This document shows, piece after piece, positions 10,247 to 21,002 of a DNA stretch of 64,000 nt. The notes under the pieces are model-generated. The model was not told where the DNA came from, ran no database searches, and saw only the letters and a program-made list of their open reading frames with translations. The DNA comes from an uncultured delta proteobacterium. Lineage in GTDB: Bacteria; Desulfobacterota; Syntrophobacteria; BM002. The stretch covers positions 32,001-96,000 of the forward strand of contig CAVQGX010000022.1 of NCBI GenBank assembly GCA_963712115.1, read 5' to 3'. The translations under genes were made by a program, and so were the position numbers. Positions within the stretch are counted from its first letter, which is position 1. Each line of letters begins with the position of its first letter.

Positions 10247-11705
10247 ATGAAGAGATTTGGGGTATTGTTGGTATTCGCCCTGGTGCTGGGCTTGGCCATG
10301 CCGGCTTTGGGGGCGGAATTTACCTTTAACGGCGATCTCAATAACCGGTTCACTGCCTACACCAATCAATCCGGTTTCTTTCGTGGTGCTGGCGAAACCA
10401 GTAATGATCCACAAAGCCGCCGCTAGCCGACTAAAAGATGACGGCCAGGACAACATGTGGGCCGGCGCCAAGTACCGGCTGTGGACGACGGCAGCCACCA
10501 ACGACGGCGCCGTCAAAGGTGTGTACGGTATTGAGTTGCGGTAACAGGCGTTATGGTCAGGCTGGTGGTGGCGGTTATTCAGGCGACGGAATAACCGTCG
10601 AAACCCGTTGGGCCTACACAGATTTGCAGCTTCCTTTTGTTGAGAGTAAGTCCAGGGTGACATTAGGACTGGCGCCGGTCAATGTAAACTACTACCTGTG
10701 GAACGAGACGGCCATGGGGGTGCAGTGGTACGGCGCCATGGATGAAATGTTCGACTACAGGCTCGCCTGGATCCGCGGCTATCGAGAGGTTTAGGGATAC
10801 TACCACCGGTGGTAATAGTGCGGATTCCTTCTTCGCCCGGGGAGATTTCAAGCCCATCGAGGGCATGACACTCGGCGTTTTCGCCATGTACACCAACAGC
10901 AGGGGAGACTCACGCTTCCGGAGAAATCACTGATTACCAATATGAGAAAAAGTTTATTGCCACCGCAGATGTTGACCTCAAGGTATATGAGCTTGGTGTG
11001 GACGGCGGCTACAAGGCTGATGTGGGCCCGGGCAACCTGTTTGTCAACTGGGACCTTATCTACCAGGGTGGCGAAATTAATGACGCCGAATTGACTATAA
11101 CGAACGCGACGGACGCAATTCTTGGAGGTCCGATCCCCGCCGATGATTATGACGTTAAGGCCTACTTCCTCCACGCTGATGTGGGTTTCGCCTGGGATGA
11201 CTTCAAGCTCACCTATACCTTCTGGTACGCCTCCGGCGACGAGGATCCCACAGATGGCGACCTCGAGGGCTTCTTCTCCACCGACGTTGACATCTTCACC
11301 GGCAGCACCGTTCTCATGGAGAGCTATGACGACGACAACTACTTCACCGAGCGCCCCTACATCCTGGACAAGGGCATGATCATGAACAGGCTGGGTTTGG
11401 ACTACCAGGCCACCGATAAACTAAAAGTCGGGGCAGCCATTGCGTACATGCAGACCGCGGAGGATATCGAGTATTTTGACGGCGCTGGCACACTAGCCGA
11501 CTCGGAGCAGAAAGAAGACGAAATCGGCTATGAAGTTATGGGTTATGTGAGCTACAAGCTCTACCAGAACGTGGAATTTGCCATAAATGCCGGCTACCTC
11601 TGGGCGGGAGACGCCATGGATTACTTCGAGGAGAACTCCATTAGAGACGGAAAAGCCGATGAGGACATTTTCCGCTCCATGGCCAGAGTCCGCTACGGCT
11701 TCTAA
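10247..11705 (+). CDS. Outer-membrane beta-barrel porin-like protein with about 4 frameshifts
   Basis: AAGGAGG RBS; MKRFGVLLVFALVLGLAMPALGA signal peptide; continuous beta-strand sequence across ORF pieces 10257, 10438, 10742 and 10998; C-terminal RVRYGF beta-signal. Confidence 0.8.
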
Positions 11706-11741
11706 ACTTCAGGATTGCAGAATTCTTTGGGTTGTGTTTAC

Positions 11742-11774
11742 AATATGGCCGGGCATCCGCCCGGCCATATTTTC
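11742..11774 (+). terminator. Intrinsic terminator after the porin
   Basis: AATATGGCCGGGC-ATCC-GCCCGGCCATATT 13-bp stem ending in a T run. Confidence 0.75.
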
Positions 11775-11865
11775 ATGGGTGTGTCATTTAGTGGAAAATT
11801 TGCTCCTGACGGTTTATACGGAGCGTCAAGAGTATACGCGTACAGTCGATCAAAAGATCATCAGA

Positions 11866-11942
11866 TGTAGGGGTGGGCTTTATGCCCACCCAATTGGTCG
11901 GCTTCAGCACTTTTTCGGGCGGGAATAAATCCCGCCCCTACG
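11866..11942. repeat. GTAG-type REP doublet
   Basis: TGTAGGGGTGGGCTTTATGCCCACC ... GGGCGGGAATAAATCCCGCCCCTACG, an inverted pair of hairpins with GTAG feet. Confidence 0.75.
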
Positions 11943-12032
11943 AAAACATTCCAAAAAGTATGCGGAATAGTTTGTGGCGCTGAATATAATTGGCCACCCT
12001 TGCTTACAGTACTTTTTCGGGAGGTTAAAAGA

Positions 12033-13790
12033 ATGATTGGCCGACCTTTCCTGAGGGGGATCATACTAGTTCTGGTTTTTTTCCTCGCTCTTTTCTCCGC
12101 ACCAACCCAGGCCGCAGTAATAGATGAAATATCCAGTGATTTCAAACCCATATCTGGCTACGTGATCATGGAGGCAGGGAGTGAATATCTCATCGACCTG
12201 GATGCCAGCAAGGGGGTGTCCGCGGGCGACCTCTTCAGTGTCACAACGCCGGGAGAAAAAATCACCCACCCGGTTACCGGGAAGGTGCTCGGCACCCTGG
12301 AAGAAGTCAAGGGGATTCTCAAGGTGACCCGCTTGCAAGCGGGGTTCTCCTACACCAGGGTCCTGGGTAAAGACGACGGCATCAAACGGGGGGACCAGGT
12401 CCGCCGCTACGAGAACATGCCCGCCCTTTTCTGGGATTACACCGGGAGGGGTGAGTCATTTTTCTATGAGCTGAGAAATACCCTCCCTTCTTTGAAATGG
12501 CTGGAATACAGCGCGATGCAGGGCAGCAAGCCCAAGACGCCGAGCAAGCCTTCAACCGGAGATGCGAGCTTGCTGTTCATTATTGATAAAGAAGGCCTTG
12601 AAGTGAGGGATGCGGAATTCCAGTTGATTCACCAATACGGGGTCCCCGAGTCTTTGGCGGCTGCTGGCTCAGCGGCTGCGGTCACTGTGGCTTCCCGACC
12701 CCCGTCTCCTAATGTAAAAACTGCTTCTCCACCTCCGCAAGTTCCCTACAAACTGGAAAAAGGTGGGGCAAAGCCTGAGAGAGGAATTACCTATGAAGCC
12801 ACTTTCCCAGGTTTCCAGGTTATGGGAACTTTTTCCCAGACAACGTTCATGGCTGATTTTGTCAGGGATGGTGACCGCATTCTGGTGGCGACCGCAGATG
12901 GAGCGGGATTACGTGTCTATCGCCTGGGTGAAAGGTTCGACCTGGTAGCCAAAGGGGACACGAGAAATGGCTCGTGGAACCTGGCGGTGCAATGGTGGCG
13001 CCCCTCCGGGAGTTCACCCCTTTACCTGGTTGTGACCGCCTTGTTCAACCAGCAGGTGGAGGGCACCATCTTCGCCTTGCAAGGGGAGCGGCTGGCGGTG
13101 GTAAAAGAGCGGATTCCCTATTTTCTGGGAGCTTTTGACCGGGATGGTGACGGGAACCCGGAAACCTTGCTGCGGCAGGACTTTGACCGAGACCTCTTTT
13201 GGGGCAGAGGGATACGAAAACTCAGACTGGAGAAGGGAGAGCTCGAGAGTTCGAGACCGGATTTCAAGCTCCCATCCAAGTTCAACGTCCTGGGAAGTTT
13301 GTTTGCTGATGTGACCGGTGACGGAAATCTCGAGACCATCGTGGTGCGGGACAAGGCGCTCTACATTTTCAATGGCAAGAAACAACTCTACCAGTCTCCA
13401 CCGGGGATGGGAGGGAGTCTGTCGGTGGCAAGCTACCGCGTAGACCCTGAGGCCAAGGACTTCCTTACCAGAACTGCTATGGTGGAGGTATCTCCGGTGG
13501 CAGCGGATCTCGATGGTGATGGGGTGGTGGAGATTGTGGTGGTGGCCTCGGAAAGCTTTCTTTTTACCGCCCCAGGGATAGCTCCCACCATCAAGAATCC
13601 CAGACTGGCGGTGGTAAAGTACCGTGATGGGACGTTTGTCAGAGGAACCATAGGAGACGAGGTGGGGGAGCCGATTCAGGGCATGACCGTTGCCGATGGA
13701 AAGTTGTTGTTCATTACCACGAACACCGGATCACTTTTTGGCAAGGGGGCGAGTACCCAACTTCTGGCCTTTCAGTTGGCTCAGCCTTAG
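12033..13790 (+). CDS. Exported FG-GAP/VCBS repeat protein
   Basis: Signal peptide (..APTQA); DRDGDGNPETL, ADVTGDGNLETIV, ADLDGDGVVEIVV repeats; N-terminal GEKITHPVTGKVLG segment. Confidence 0.82.
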   Translation: MIGRPFLRGIILVLVFFLALFSAPTQAAVIDEISSDFKPISGYVIMEAGSEYLIDLDASKGVSAGDLFSVTTPGEKITHPVTGKVLGTLEEVKGILKVTRLQAGFSYTRVLGKDDGIKRGDQVRRYENMPALFWDYTGRGESFFYELRNTLPSLKWLEYSAMQGSKPKTPSKPSTGDASLLFIIDKEGLEVRDAEFQLIHQYGVPESLAAAGSAAAVTVASRPPSPNVKTASPPPQVPYKLEKGGAKPERGITYEATFPGFQVMGTFSQTTFMADFVRDGDRILVATADGAGLRVYRLGERFDLVAKGDTRNGSWNLAVQWWRPSGSSPLYLVVTALFNQQVEGTIFALQGERLAVVKERIPYFLGAFDRDGDGNPETLLRQDFDRDLFWGRGIRKLRLEKGELESSRPDFKLPSKFNVLGSLFADVTGDGNLETIVVRDKALYIFNGKKQLYQSPPGMGGSLSVASYRVDPEAKDFLTRTAMVEVSPVAADLDGDGVVEIVVVASESFLFTAPGIAPTIKNPRLAVVKYRDGTFVRGTIGDEVGEPIQGMTVADGKLLFITTNTGSLFGKGASTQLLAFQLAQP

Positions 13791-13949
13791 CCCAGAAATT
13801 CATGGAATATCTGGTCTAGTGATGTTTGGTATGTCCAAAAGAAAAAAATCTTTTGGTTTAAGTTGTTTGAATTTCATTCCCTCCGTTGTTCTACCCTATT
13901 TGAGACTGTTCAATAATTCAATCTTTGAACGGCTTAAGACTGTGACGTG

Positions 13950-14022
13950 CCTGGATCCCCGCCTACGCGGGGATGACCGGCGATCTCGTATTGTCGTCAT
14001 TCCCGCGAAAGCGGGAATCTAG
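13950..14022. repeat. ATTCCC-N8-GGGAAT (dRS3-like) palindrome pair
   Basis: CTGGATCCCCGCCTACGCGGGGATGAC and GTCATTCCCGCGAAAGCGGGAATCTAG in inverted orientation. Confidence 0.78.
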
Positions 14023-14123
14023 GGTACTAGGAGCCTTTTACTGAGAGTTTCTTGGGGATAAATATCCGTAGCATGATGTCGTAACTAATTGATTTATCTC
14101 GTTAAAAAAATATTAAACAGTCT

Positions 14124-14546
14124 CTATTTTTCTTTAGCGGAGTCACTGTTACATAGTATGGAAAAAGGCTTGATAAGGACATCATAGTCGGGCCCGTACA
14201 CATCCGTGATCCGAATCTTTGCCTCGGAGGTGGGTGTGCAGGGCACTTCCCAATCATAGGATGCGAATGGTTCATCCATCTTCATGCTCTTGACAATTTC
14301 TATCCAGTTCTTGCCATTATCTATCGAGTATTCGATTTTCACATATCGTATGGATCTGGAGATTTGCCATGATATTTTTTGCTTGCTCCCGGCGAGAAAC
14401 TTCTCTCCTCCCAATGGATTAACAATAGTTATCTTTCTGAAATCTCTGTCCTCACCGCGAGAACCAAAACTGTCACTCTCAGGGGCAAAACCCAGCGCCG
14501 TTACAGCGATGATAATCATAATGAGCACATAGAGGTGGTTTTTCAT
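14124..14546 (-). CDS. Exported hypothetical protein with Ig-like beta-sandwich
   Basis: Signal peptide; ITIVNPLGGE...ISW...VKIEYSIDNGKNW...YDWEVP...KIRITD pattern. Confidence 0.75.
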   Translation of the reverse strand: MKNHLYVLIMIIIAVTALGFAPESDSFGSRGEDRDFRKITIVNPLGGEKFLAGSKQKISWQISRSIRYVKIEYSIDNGKNWIEIVKSMKMDEPFASYDWEVPCTPTSEAKIRITDVYGPDYDVLIKPFSILCNSDSAKEK

Positions 14547-14730
14547 CTTCTTCGTTCCTTTCTAAAACAGGCTTTTTAGTTCTTAAACACAAAACTTTAT
14601 CGATAAAAATAATCATTGGCTTGGAAAAATAAAGACAAACGGATGGACTGATCCCTCGTATTTTAGCTATCCTGGTGTACTTTAGCAGCTGAAACCTGAG
14701 GTGTTTGGTCCGAAGGCGAGGGAGAGTGCG

Positions 14731-15286
14731 ATGGTTGAATGCCGAATGAGACAGTTTGTCATTCTGGCTGCAACAATAATTTTCACTGCGGCGATGACTC
14801 TCGGTTGCACTGCAAATAAGTCTGCGACTCCCAGTGAAGTGGATGAGGTGGAGATCAAAATCATCGATCCTCTCAAAGCTTTTGAAGAGGAATACAAGGC
14901 TATAGGCGAGAAGGTGGAGGAAGGTTCCCTTCAGCGCCGAGGTCATGAGCAGCGCAAGTGAAATCCGCATGGGGCTGCAGAAGTACTTAATAAAGACAGA
15001 GGCGCAACTGGAGATTCTCAGACTGGATGTTCTGCACGGTGCCGAGGCCCAGCGGCAAAGGGCGCTGAACCAAATAGTTGAACTGGTTGCGGAGCGAGAG
15101 CAAACCAAGATATCTTACTTGCAACAGTTGCAAGCTCTAAAAACCGGCGGCAAGACATCTGAAGACAAGACAGGTATAAAAGGGACGGCCAAGGATCTGG
15201 ATATTAAAATTAAAATAGCACCAGAGGATATTGGCGATGGTGAAACGGCCTTGACTGTTGCGTCGCTAACCGAAAAATCCCCCTAA
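14731..15286 (+). CDS. Putative lipoprotein, frameshifted near 14930
   Basis: Lipobox MTLG-C in ORF 14701..14961, continuing into helical ORF 14945..15286. Confidence 0.55.
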
Positions 15287-15352
15287 ATCCCCCTTTACAA
15301 AAGGGGGACTTTTATGATCCAGTTCCCTGTAACCCCTCTTTGATAAAGGGGC
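15276..15352. repeat. REP-like palindromes, same family as 3241-3347
   Basis: AATCCCCCTAAATCCCCCTTTACAAAAGGGGGACTTT and CCCCTCTTTGATAAAGGGG. Confidence 0.78.
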
Positions 15353-15362
15353 AAATTCCCCC

Positions 15363-15946
15363 TCACTCCTTCAATTTCTTCAGCAACCATGCCATGTTGA
15401 TACTCCAAGATCGCTCATGGTCTTTATTCCCTCCTCGTCCTTTTCAACCTCACCTGGATCCAAGCCGTAGCCTAAATTCCAATATGTTGAGCCTGGAACT
15501 ATCATCTGGCCGATGAGGAAAAAATAGTTCACCGCTGAAAATGCGGAAACAGCCCCTGCCCTGCGGGCGGCTATAACTGCTGCCCCCACCTTGCGCTTGA
15601 AAAGATCTCCATTCATCCTCGCCACCAAACCGGCGCGGTCGATGAGGGCCTTCGCTTCCGTGGAAATGTTGCTGAAATAGGTGGGTGAGCCAATAATGAT
15701 CCCGTCCGCCTCGATCATTTTCTCGAGACAATCATTGAGAATGTCACCTTCTTTGCCGGCGTGGCACCTGGAGTCCTTTTTCTCCCCGCATTTGTAACAG
15801 GCAATGCATCCCCTGATCTTTTTCTTGCCCACCTGGACCAACTCAGTTGAAATTCCGTCCTTTTCCAGTTCCTCAAGCACTACATTGATCATTCTAGAAG
15901 TATTACCATTCTTTCTGGGACTACAGTTGAAAGCCACAATTCGCAT
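15363..15946 (-). CDS. Iron-sulfur flavoprotein / flavodoxin family (FMN_red)
   Basis: SPRKNGNT, CIACYKC..C, GSPTYF, RRAG motifs; the C-terminus appears frameshifted near 15400 (alternative frame gives NMAWLLKKLKE*). Confidence 0.9.
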
Positions 15947-16019
15947 TCTTCTACCTCCTTCGGATAGGTCCAATAAATTTCCCCCAGCGAACGGTTAAGG
16001 TGGGGGTGAAAATCCGCAT

Positions 16020-16290
16020 GGCGCAGAGGGTTAAAGGCCCAGGGCGCAAGGCTCAAGGCCCAAGGCAAGAATTTAGTAGTCAGTAGCCAGGTAATCAGAA
16101 TCCAGTAGGAAATCTGTAAATTCGCAATCCCAAATCAGCAATCCCAAATTATCAGAGTGCCTAGTGCTTAGTGCCTAGTAAACCTCTGTCCTCCGTCCTC
16201 TTTTCTCTGCTTTGATCGCCGCGTCGCCGTCTCTCCCCTTCACCGCGTCGTCCTCCTGCCTGCTGCATGCTGAGGAATAGCGCTCTGCGA
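16020..16290. repeat. Heptamer-rich intergenic repeat tract
   Basis: Runs such as GCTCAAG/GCCCAAG, TGCCTAG/TGCTTAG and CAATCCCAAAT. Confidence 0.6.
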
Positions 16291-18222
16291 TTAACTTCCC
16301 ATTATTCTCTTCACCGAGGGATAAAGGTCCATGTCGGTGTGGGGTAGGAAAAGGGCCGCTACGAACTCATCGTAAAACTTGGGGTCAACTGAGAGTTCGA
16401 AATAGGTCATCTGCCGTGCCAGGGTGTTGGCTCGCGCCAGAGCATGTCTGGAAAGCAATGCCATTCGAGCCCCGGTGAGGGAGCTGTTGCCGATAAATTT
16501 AATTTTCTCAGGGGGAAGATCGGGGAGGAGGCCGATAAAGATAGCTTTTTCTATATCCAGATAGTTGCCGAAGCCTCCTGCCACCAAGATCCTATCCAAG
16601 TCTTCAAATGACATGCCAACACTGTTCAGTAGTAGCCGCATGGCTGCAAGAATGGCGCCCTTGGATTTAATAAGATTGCTTATATCGCTCTCAGTGATTA
16701 CCACGCTCTTTCCTGTTTCTGTCTCATCTCCATGGGCCAGCACAAATTCCATGTCGCCTTCATTTTGTTGCACTCTGGGATTAGCAGAGTCTCTGGGAAA
16801 TTTGCCACTGGGATCGATGATCCGGTTGCGGAAGAGTTCGGCAATGGCGTCAATCAAGCCGGAGCCGCAGATTCCTCTGGCTTTGGCCCCACCTATGGTG
16901 TCATAATGAATTTTGTCCCCTTCTATCTGCACCTTCTGAATGGCGCCTTTTGTAGCCCGCATGCCGCATTTGGTGCCACTTCCTTCGAAGGCCGGCCCAG
17001 CGGAAGCAGAACAGCAGACCAGCCATTCATTGTTGCCAATGACGATTTCGCCATTGGTGCCAATGTCTATTAAGGCCGAAATCTGCGCACTATTACTTAT
17101 ACCAGAAGCCAAAACTCCGGCAGTGATATCTCCACCCACATAAGAGCTTACCCCTGGCATGCAGGTCACCCTGGCGTTGGGGTGTAAATGGAGATTTAGT
17201 TCGGCAGCGGATGCTGAAGGTAGAAAGTTGGCAGTGGGGATATAAGGTTCCAAGCGAATGGTGCAAGGCTCTAGACCCATGAAAAGATGAGTCATAGTGG
17301 TGTTACCTGCGGCGGTAAAAGCGGTAACGTTGCTGGACTCCACCCCATGTTTTTCCACCAGAGTATCTATGAGAGTATTTACCGGCTCAATGACAGCTGC
17401 ATGGATAGGTGACAAGCCACCACGGCTGCAGGCATAGATCATCCTTGAGATTACATCTTCGCCGTACCTGGCCTGCTGGTTGTGGCTAGCCTCAACTCCC
17501 AAAATGGCGCCACTGCGAAGATCCACCAACTGAGCGACAATGGTAGTGGTGCCGATATCGCAGGCAATGCCGTAATTCTCTGCGCAGGTGTTGCCCGGCT
17601 CAAGGGAGAGAATTTCTATACAGTGCTCATCAAGAGGGTAAATGGTTGCGGTGACCTGCCATTCATTTTCACGAAGCATGCTAGCCATACTTCGGAGTGC
17701 AGGTAGAGAAATCTCAAGAGTAGGCGCCTGGATCTTCTTGCGTATTTCCCTATACACCCGATCAAGATCCGCCAGGTTATCGGTAAGGGAGGGCTTGGGA
17801 AGAGACAGGTAGATTTTCTGAGTCACAGGCATGTATAGAAGTGAAGGGATATCCAGAGTATCCTTTACTTCAAGGTCCTGGGGCGCTTGGTAGCAGACCA
17901 TAGATTCGGTAGTGAGAATCTGCTCCTCTTCCAGACGCGCCTCGGGAGGCACCCAGACTTCTAAATCTTCTCTGACCTCAGTCTGGCAGGCGAGAACAAA
18001 GGCTGCATTGATCTCCTCCCGGCTCAGGAATCTGATGCTCTGACTGGTGGGTTTTGCCTCACCACGGGTAATTTGCACCTTGCATTTTCCGCAGACGCCC
18101 TCGCCACCGCAGAGGCTGTTAATATAAATGCCAGCTTCGGCGGCCGCCTCGAGGATGTTAGATTCTCCCTCCACCTCTATCTTGGCGCCCACCGGTTGAA
18201 AGACCACCTTGTGTTTGGCCAT
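16291..18222 (-). CDS. ASKHA-domain ATPase with N-terminal 2Fe-2S ferredoxin (RACo/DUF4445, corrinoid reductive activator family)
   Basis: CGGEGVCGKC...LACQ; DIGTTT; YGEDVISR; DIGTNGE; SAGPAFEG; GICGSG; AGGFG. Confidence 0.92.
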   Translation of the reverse strand: MAKHKVVFQPVGAKIEVEGESNILEAAAEAGIYINSLCGGEGVCGKCKVQITRGEAKPTSQSIRFLSREEINAAFVLACQTEVREDLEVWVPPEARLEEEQILTTESMVCYQAPQDLEVKDTLDIPSLLYMPVTQKIYLSLPKPSLTDNLADLDRVYREIRKKIQAPTLEISLPALRSMASMLRENEWQVTATIYPLDEHCIEILSLEPGNTCAENYGIACDIGTTTIVAQLVDLRSGAILGVEASHNQQARYGEDVISRMIYACSRGGLSPIHAAVIEPVNTLIDTLVEKHGVESSNVTAFTAAGNTTMTHLFMGLEPCTIRLEPYIPTANFLPSASAAELNLHLHPNARVTCMPGVSSYVGGDITAGVLASGISNSAQISALIDIGTNGEIVIGNNEWLVCCSASAGPAFEGSGTKCGMRATKGAIQKVQIEGDKIHYDTIGGAKARGICGSGLIDAIAELFRNRIIDPSGKFPRDSANPRVQQNEGDMEFVLAHGDETETGKSVVITESDISNLIKSKGAILAAMRLLLNSVGMSFEDLDRILVAGGFGNYLDIEKAIFIGLLPDLPPEKIKFIGNSSLTGARMALLSRHALARANTLARQMTYFELSVDPKFYDEFVAALFLPHTDMDLYPSVKRIMGS

Positions 18223-18224
18223 TC

Positions 18225-19610
18225 TTAACCCCTAACTTTCCTATCGACTTGGATATCAAAAGCCTTGAGTCGCTTCCACAGGGTCACCCTGCTGATGCCG
18301 AGGATTTCGGCCGCCTTCGATTGGTTTCCACCGGTGGTGTCCAAGGCCTCCAGAATCCTCTTTCTCTTCTCCTCATCGCTTTGCCTTTTCGCCGCCCGGA
18401 GCTTTGAGGTCACCCTGGGCTGTTTTCCTGTGACTCGGGCGGGGAGATGGCTTGGCATGATCTCGCCTTCGTGGCAGAGAACAAAGGAGTATTCGATGAC
18501 ATTTATCAATTCACGGACATTACCGGGCCAGTCATAGTGGAAAAGCAGGTCCAAAGCCTCCTTACTCATTCCACTGATGGGTTTGTCAGTCTTGAGGCGG
18601 ATCCTGTTGATGAAGGTTTCTAACAGCAAGGGAATATCTTCCCGCCGCTCCCGCATGGGCGGAAGATAGATTGGAATCACTCCTATACGGTAATAGAGGT
18701 CCTCACGAAAACGGTCCTCTTCCATGAGTCTATTCAGATCTTTGTTGGTAGCGGCTACAATGCGGACATCTATTTTAATGGGGCGGTGGTCCCCAACCTT
18801 TTCGATCTCCTTTTCCTGGAGAACTCTCAAAAGCTTGACCTGGGTGGAGAGGGGAAGGTCGCCAATTTCATCTAAGAAGATGTCGCCGCCGTTGGCTGCC
18901 TCAAATCGCCCCACCCGGGTCCGCTCCGCGCCGGTAAAAGCTCCTTTTACATGACCGAAAAGTTCGCTTTCAAGAAGAGACTCGCTTCAGGCTGCGCAGT
19001 TTACCTTAATATAAGGACCATTTCGCCGAACCCCCAGTTTATGAATTGCCTCAGCCACCAGTTCCTTCCCGGTACCGCTGTCTCCATAAATAATAACTGG
19101 AGCCTCAGATTGGGCCGCACTAGAGATTAAATCAAAAACCTGGCGCATGGCCGGAGATTTTCCAAGGATTCCTTGGAAGCCGTCCTTGCTGCTCAATTCT
19201 CGACGAAGGCGGGTGATGACCCTATCTTTTGATACCACCTCGCTGAGGTCGGTAAGGGTCTCCACACCCCCAATCACCCGGCCATCGACATCTTTCAAAA
19301 CTGCTGCATTCTTGTGTACATAGAGAGGTTCTCCGTCCTTTTTCCGCAGCATGCACTTACGGCGCGTTACCTGGCCCTCCTTGAACAGGGCGCAGTACTT
19401 GTCATGCCCCTCAGCCCTGGTTCCAAAGCAGGTGTCACAATCCAGTATTGCACAAGACTGCCCAACAAGCTCATCCCTGTTGTAGCCGGTAATAGTCTCC
19501 ATGGCCTTGTTGATTGAGATAATCACCCCTTCCAGATCCACCACCATCAGCCCATCGGCCATGGTATCAACGATGGTCTTCCAGTACTGGCTGAACTCCT
19601 CCTGAAACAT
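18225..19610 (-). CDS. PAS-domain sigma-54-dependent activator (Fis HTH), interrupted by an in-frame TGA at 18987-18989
   Basis: ORFs 18987..19643 and 18225..18914 are in one frame: GDSGTGKE...[25 protein letters not shown]...FLDEIGD...WPGNVREL...HTH. Confidence 0.88.
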
Positions 19611-19817
19611 AATCAACCTGACTCCGGGATTTTGTTTTCTCAATCACCTTGAAATAAAGAAGCAGAAGTTCCTAGCAAACAAGTGTTAATTTCAGTCAAA
19701 AGATAAACAGATGTTAAGTGTAAACCATTGACAGTTAACAATCAATAGGCGGACCCAAAAAATATTTTTTTATAAGCAAAACAGCTATATATAGAATAGA
19801 TTGTAGCCAGACCCTAT

Positions 19818-19832
19818 TGGCATGCATATTGC
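19818..19832 (+). promoter_or_regulatory. Sigma-54 promoter of the tusA-hdr-dsrE operon
   Basis: TGGCATGCATATTGC (GG-N10-GC), divergent from the activator gene; TGTAAACCATTGACA-type palindromes near 19684-19740 are candidate enhancers. Confidence 0.85.
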
Positions 19833-19915
19833 CGAAAAAGGATTCGAGCCTGCCTGACAACCCCTTTTTCACCTCCCCTGGCGGGAGGGGAAAAGGGGAG
19901 GGGGGGAAAGGGATT

Positions 19916-20170
19916 GTGGAAAAAAAAGGTGAAGCAAACAAGGTCATCGATCTTCGCGGAATGAGCTGTCCCTGGTCCATTCTCAAAGCCAAAAGCCAAC
20001 TGATCACCATGGAGCCGGGAGAAGTCTTAGAGGTGCTCTCTGGCGATCCCATGTTGATCAAAGATTTCCCCAAAGTGCTGGGCAATAGAGGCCACCAACT
20101 CATTCAGATCAAAGATAAACAAGAGTTTTCGACGGCTTTATGTGCGCAGGGGAAAGAGCGAACAGGGTAA
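19916..20170 (+). CDS. tusA: TusA family sulfurtransferase (copy 1)
   Basis: IDLRGMSCPW...GEVLEVLSGDP; GTG start downstream of the promoter; possible indel near the 3' end. Confidence 0.8.
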   Translation: MEKKGEANKVIDLRGMSCPWSILKAKSQLITMEPGEVLEVLSGDPMLIKDFPKVLGNRGHQLIQIKDKQEFSTALCAQGKERTG

Positions 20171-20234
20171 ATAAAATAATTCTCCGGTTTTCAAACCGGA
20201 TATTGTTCTTAACCGTAACCGACAGGAGGAAGCA

Positions 20235-20489
20235 ATGACAAGCACGGATCTAAACAGTATTGAGGCTGCAAGTGTAGTGGATGCCCGTGGCAGCGCCTGC
20301 CCCGGTCCTTTGCTGGAGGCTAAGAAGGGCATAGGAAAGGTCAAGGTGGGAGAGGTCCTGGAAATACTTTCCAACGATAGCGCCACCAAGAATGACATTC
20401 CGGTGTGGGCCAATAAGGTAGGACACGAGTCTCTTGGCTATCTGCAAGCAGATGGCTACGACCGCATCTTCGTCAGACGGAAAAAATAA
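20235..20489 (+). CDS. tusA: TusA family sulfurtransferase (copy 2)
   Basis: VDARGSACPGPLL...GEVLEILSND..DIPVW; AGGAGG RBS. Confidence 0.92.
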   Translation: MTSTDLNSIEAASVVDARGSACPGPLLEAKKGIGKVKVGEVLEILSNDSATKNDIPVWANKVGHESLGYLQADGYDRIFVRRKK

Positions 20490-20975
20490 ATGGATAGGAC
20501 TATGGCAGCACAGGGTAATCAGCAAAAAATACTGATCCTGGCCACAGAAACCTGTGCCTATCCGGGTGCAAACGCGGTGGGGCAGGCTCACATGACCTAC
20601 CCCAGCAATACTTACATTCTCAGGGTACGCTCACCAGTGCTCTTTCCCGAGAAGTTTTACCTCGACTGTTTCGCTAAAGGTATAGGCGGCATCATCATCA
20701 TGTCCTGCGGAGAGGAGTGCCCATACGAAGGCGCTTATCACGCCTTAGCGGCGAGGATAGACAGGGTCTACAAGATGATGAAAGAGAAAGGGTTCGATAT
20801 AAGGAGGCTTCGCCTCACCGCCATCTGCACCGTGTGCACCCGAGCCTTCATAAATGAAGTTAAGATGATGAACGAAATTGTATCCGAATTGGGACCACCG
20901 GGTCCGCACGACGACTCGGAGACGCGGAGAATCGGGGAATCGGCGAGAAATGCAGCAATTGACGAGGGAGTATAG
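20490..20975 (+). CDS. mvhD: MvhD/FlpD-type 2Fe-2S subunit
   Basis: KILILATETCAYPGANAVG, YPSNTYILRV, MSCGEECPY, ICTVC. Confidence 0.85.
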   Translation: MDRTMAAQGNQQKILILATETCAYPGANAVGQAHMTYPSNTYILRVRSPVLFPEKFYLDCFAKGIGGIIIMSCGEECPYEGAYHALAARIDRVYKMMKEKGFDIRRLRLTAICTVCTRAFINEVKMMNEIVSELGPPGPHDDSETRRIGESARNAAIDEGV

Positions 20976-21002
20976 GTGCAGTTGGTGAATGAGGAAGTGA
21001 AA

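Noticed and set aside
15232-15270. GGCGATGG as a fluoride riboswitch
   Set aside because: It lies in the 3' end of a coding region and lacks the pairing partner and downstream motif.
15380-15400. Flavodoxin ending HGC-TGA as a C-terminal Cys-Sec motif
   Set aside because: A frame shift restores the family-typical ending NMAWLLKKL, so it is a frameshift artefact.
18987-18989. In-frame TGA in the sigma-54 activator as selenocysteine
   Set aside because: It occupies the conserved Leu/Ile after NCAA, not a Cys position, and lies in the indel-prone region.
19817-19915. N-terminal extension of tusA-1 from the ORF track
   Set aside because: It overlaps the sigma-54 promoter and a leader hairpin; GTG 19916 is the plausible start.
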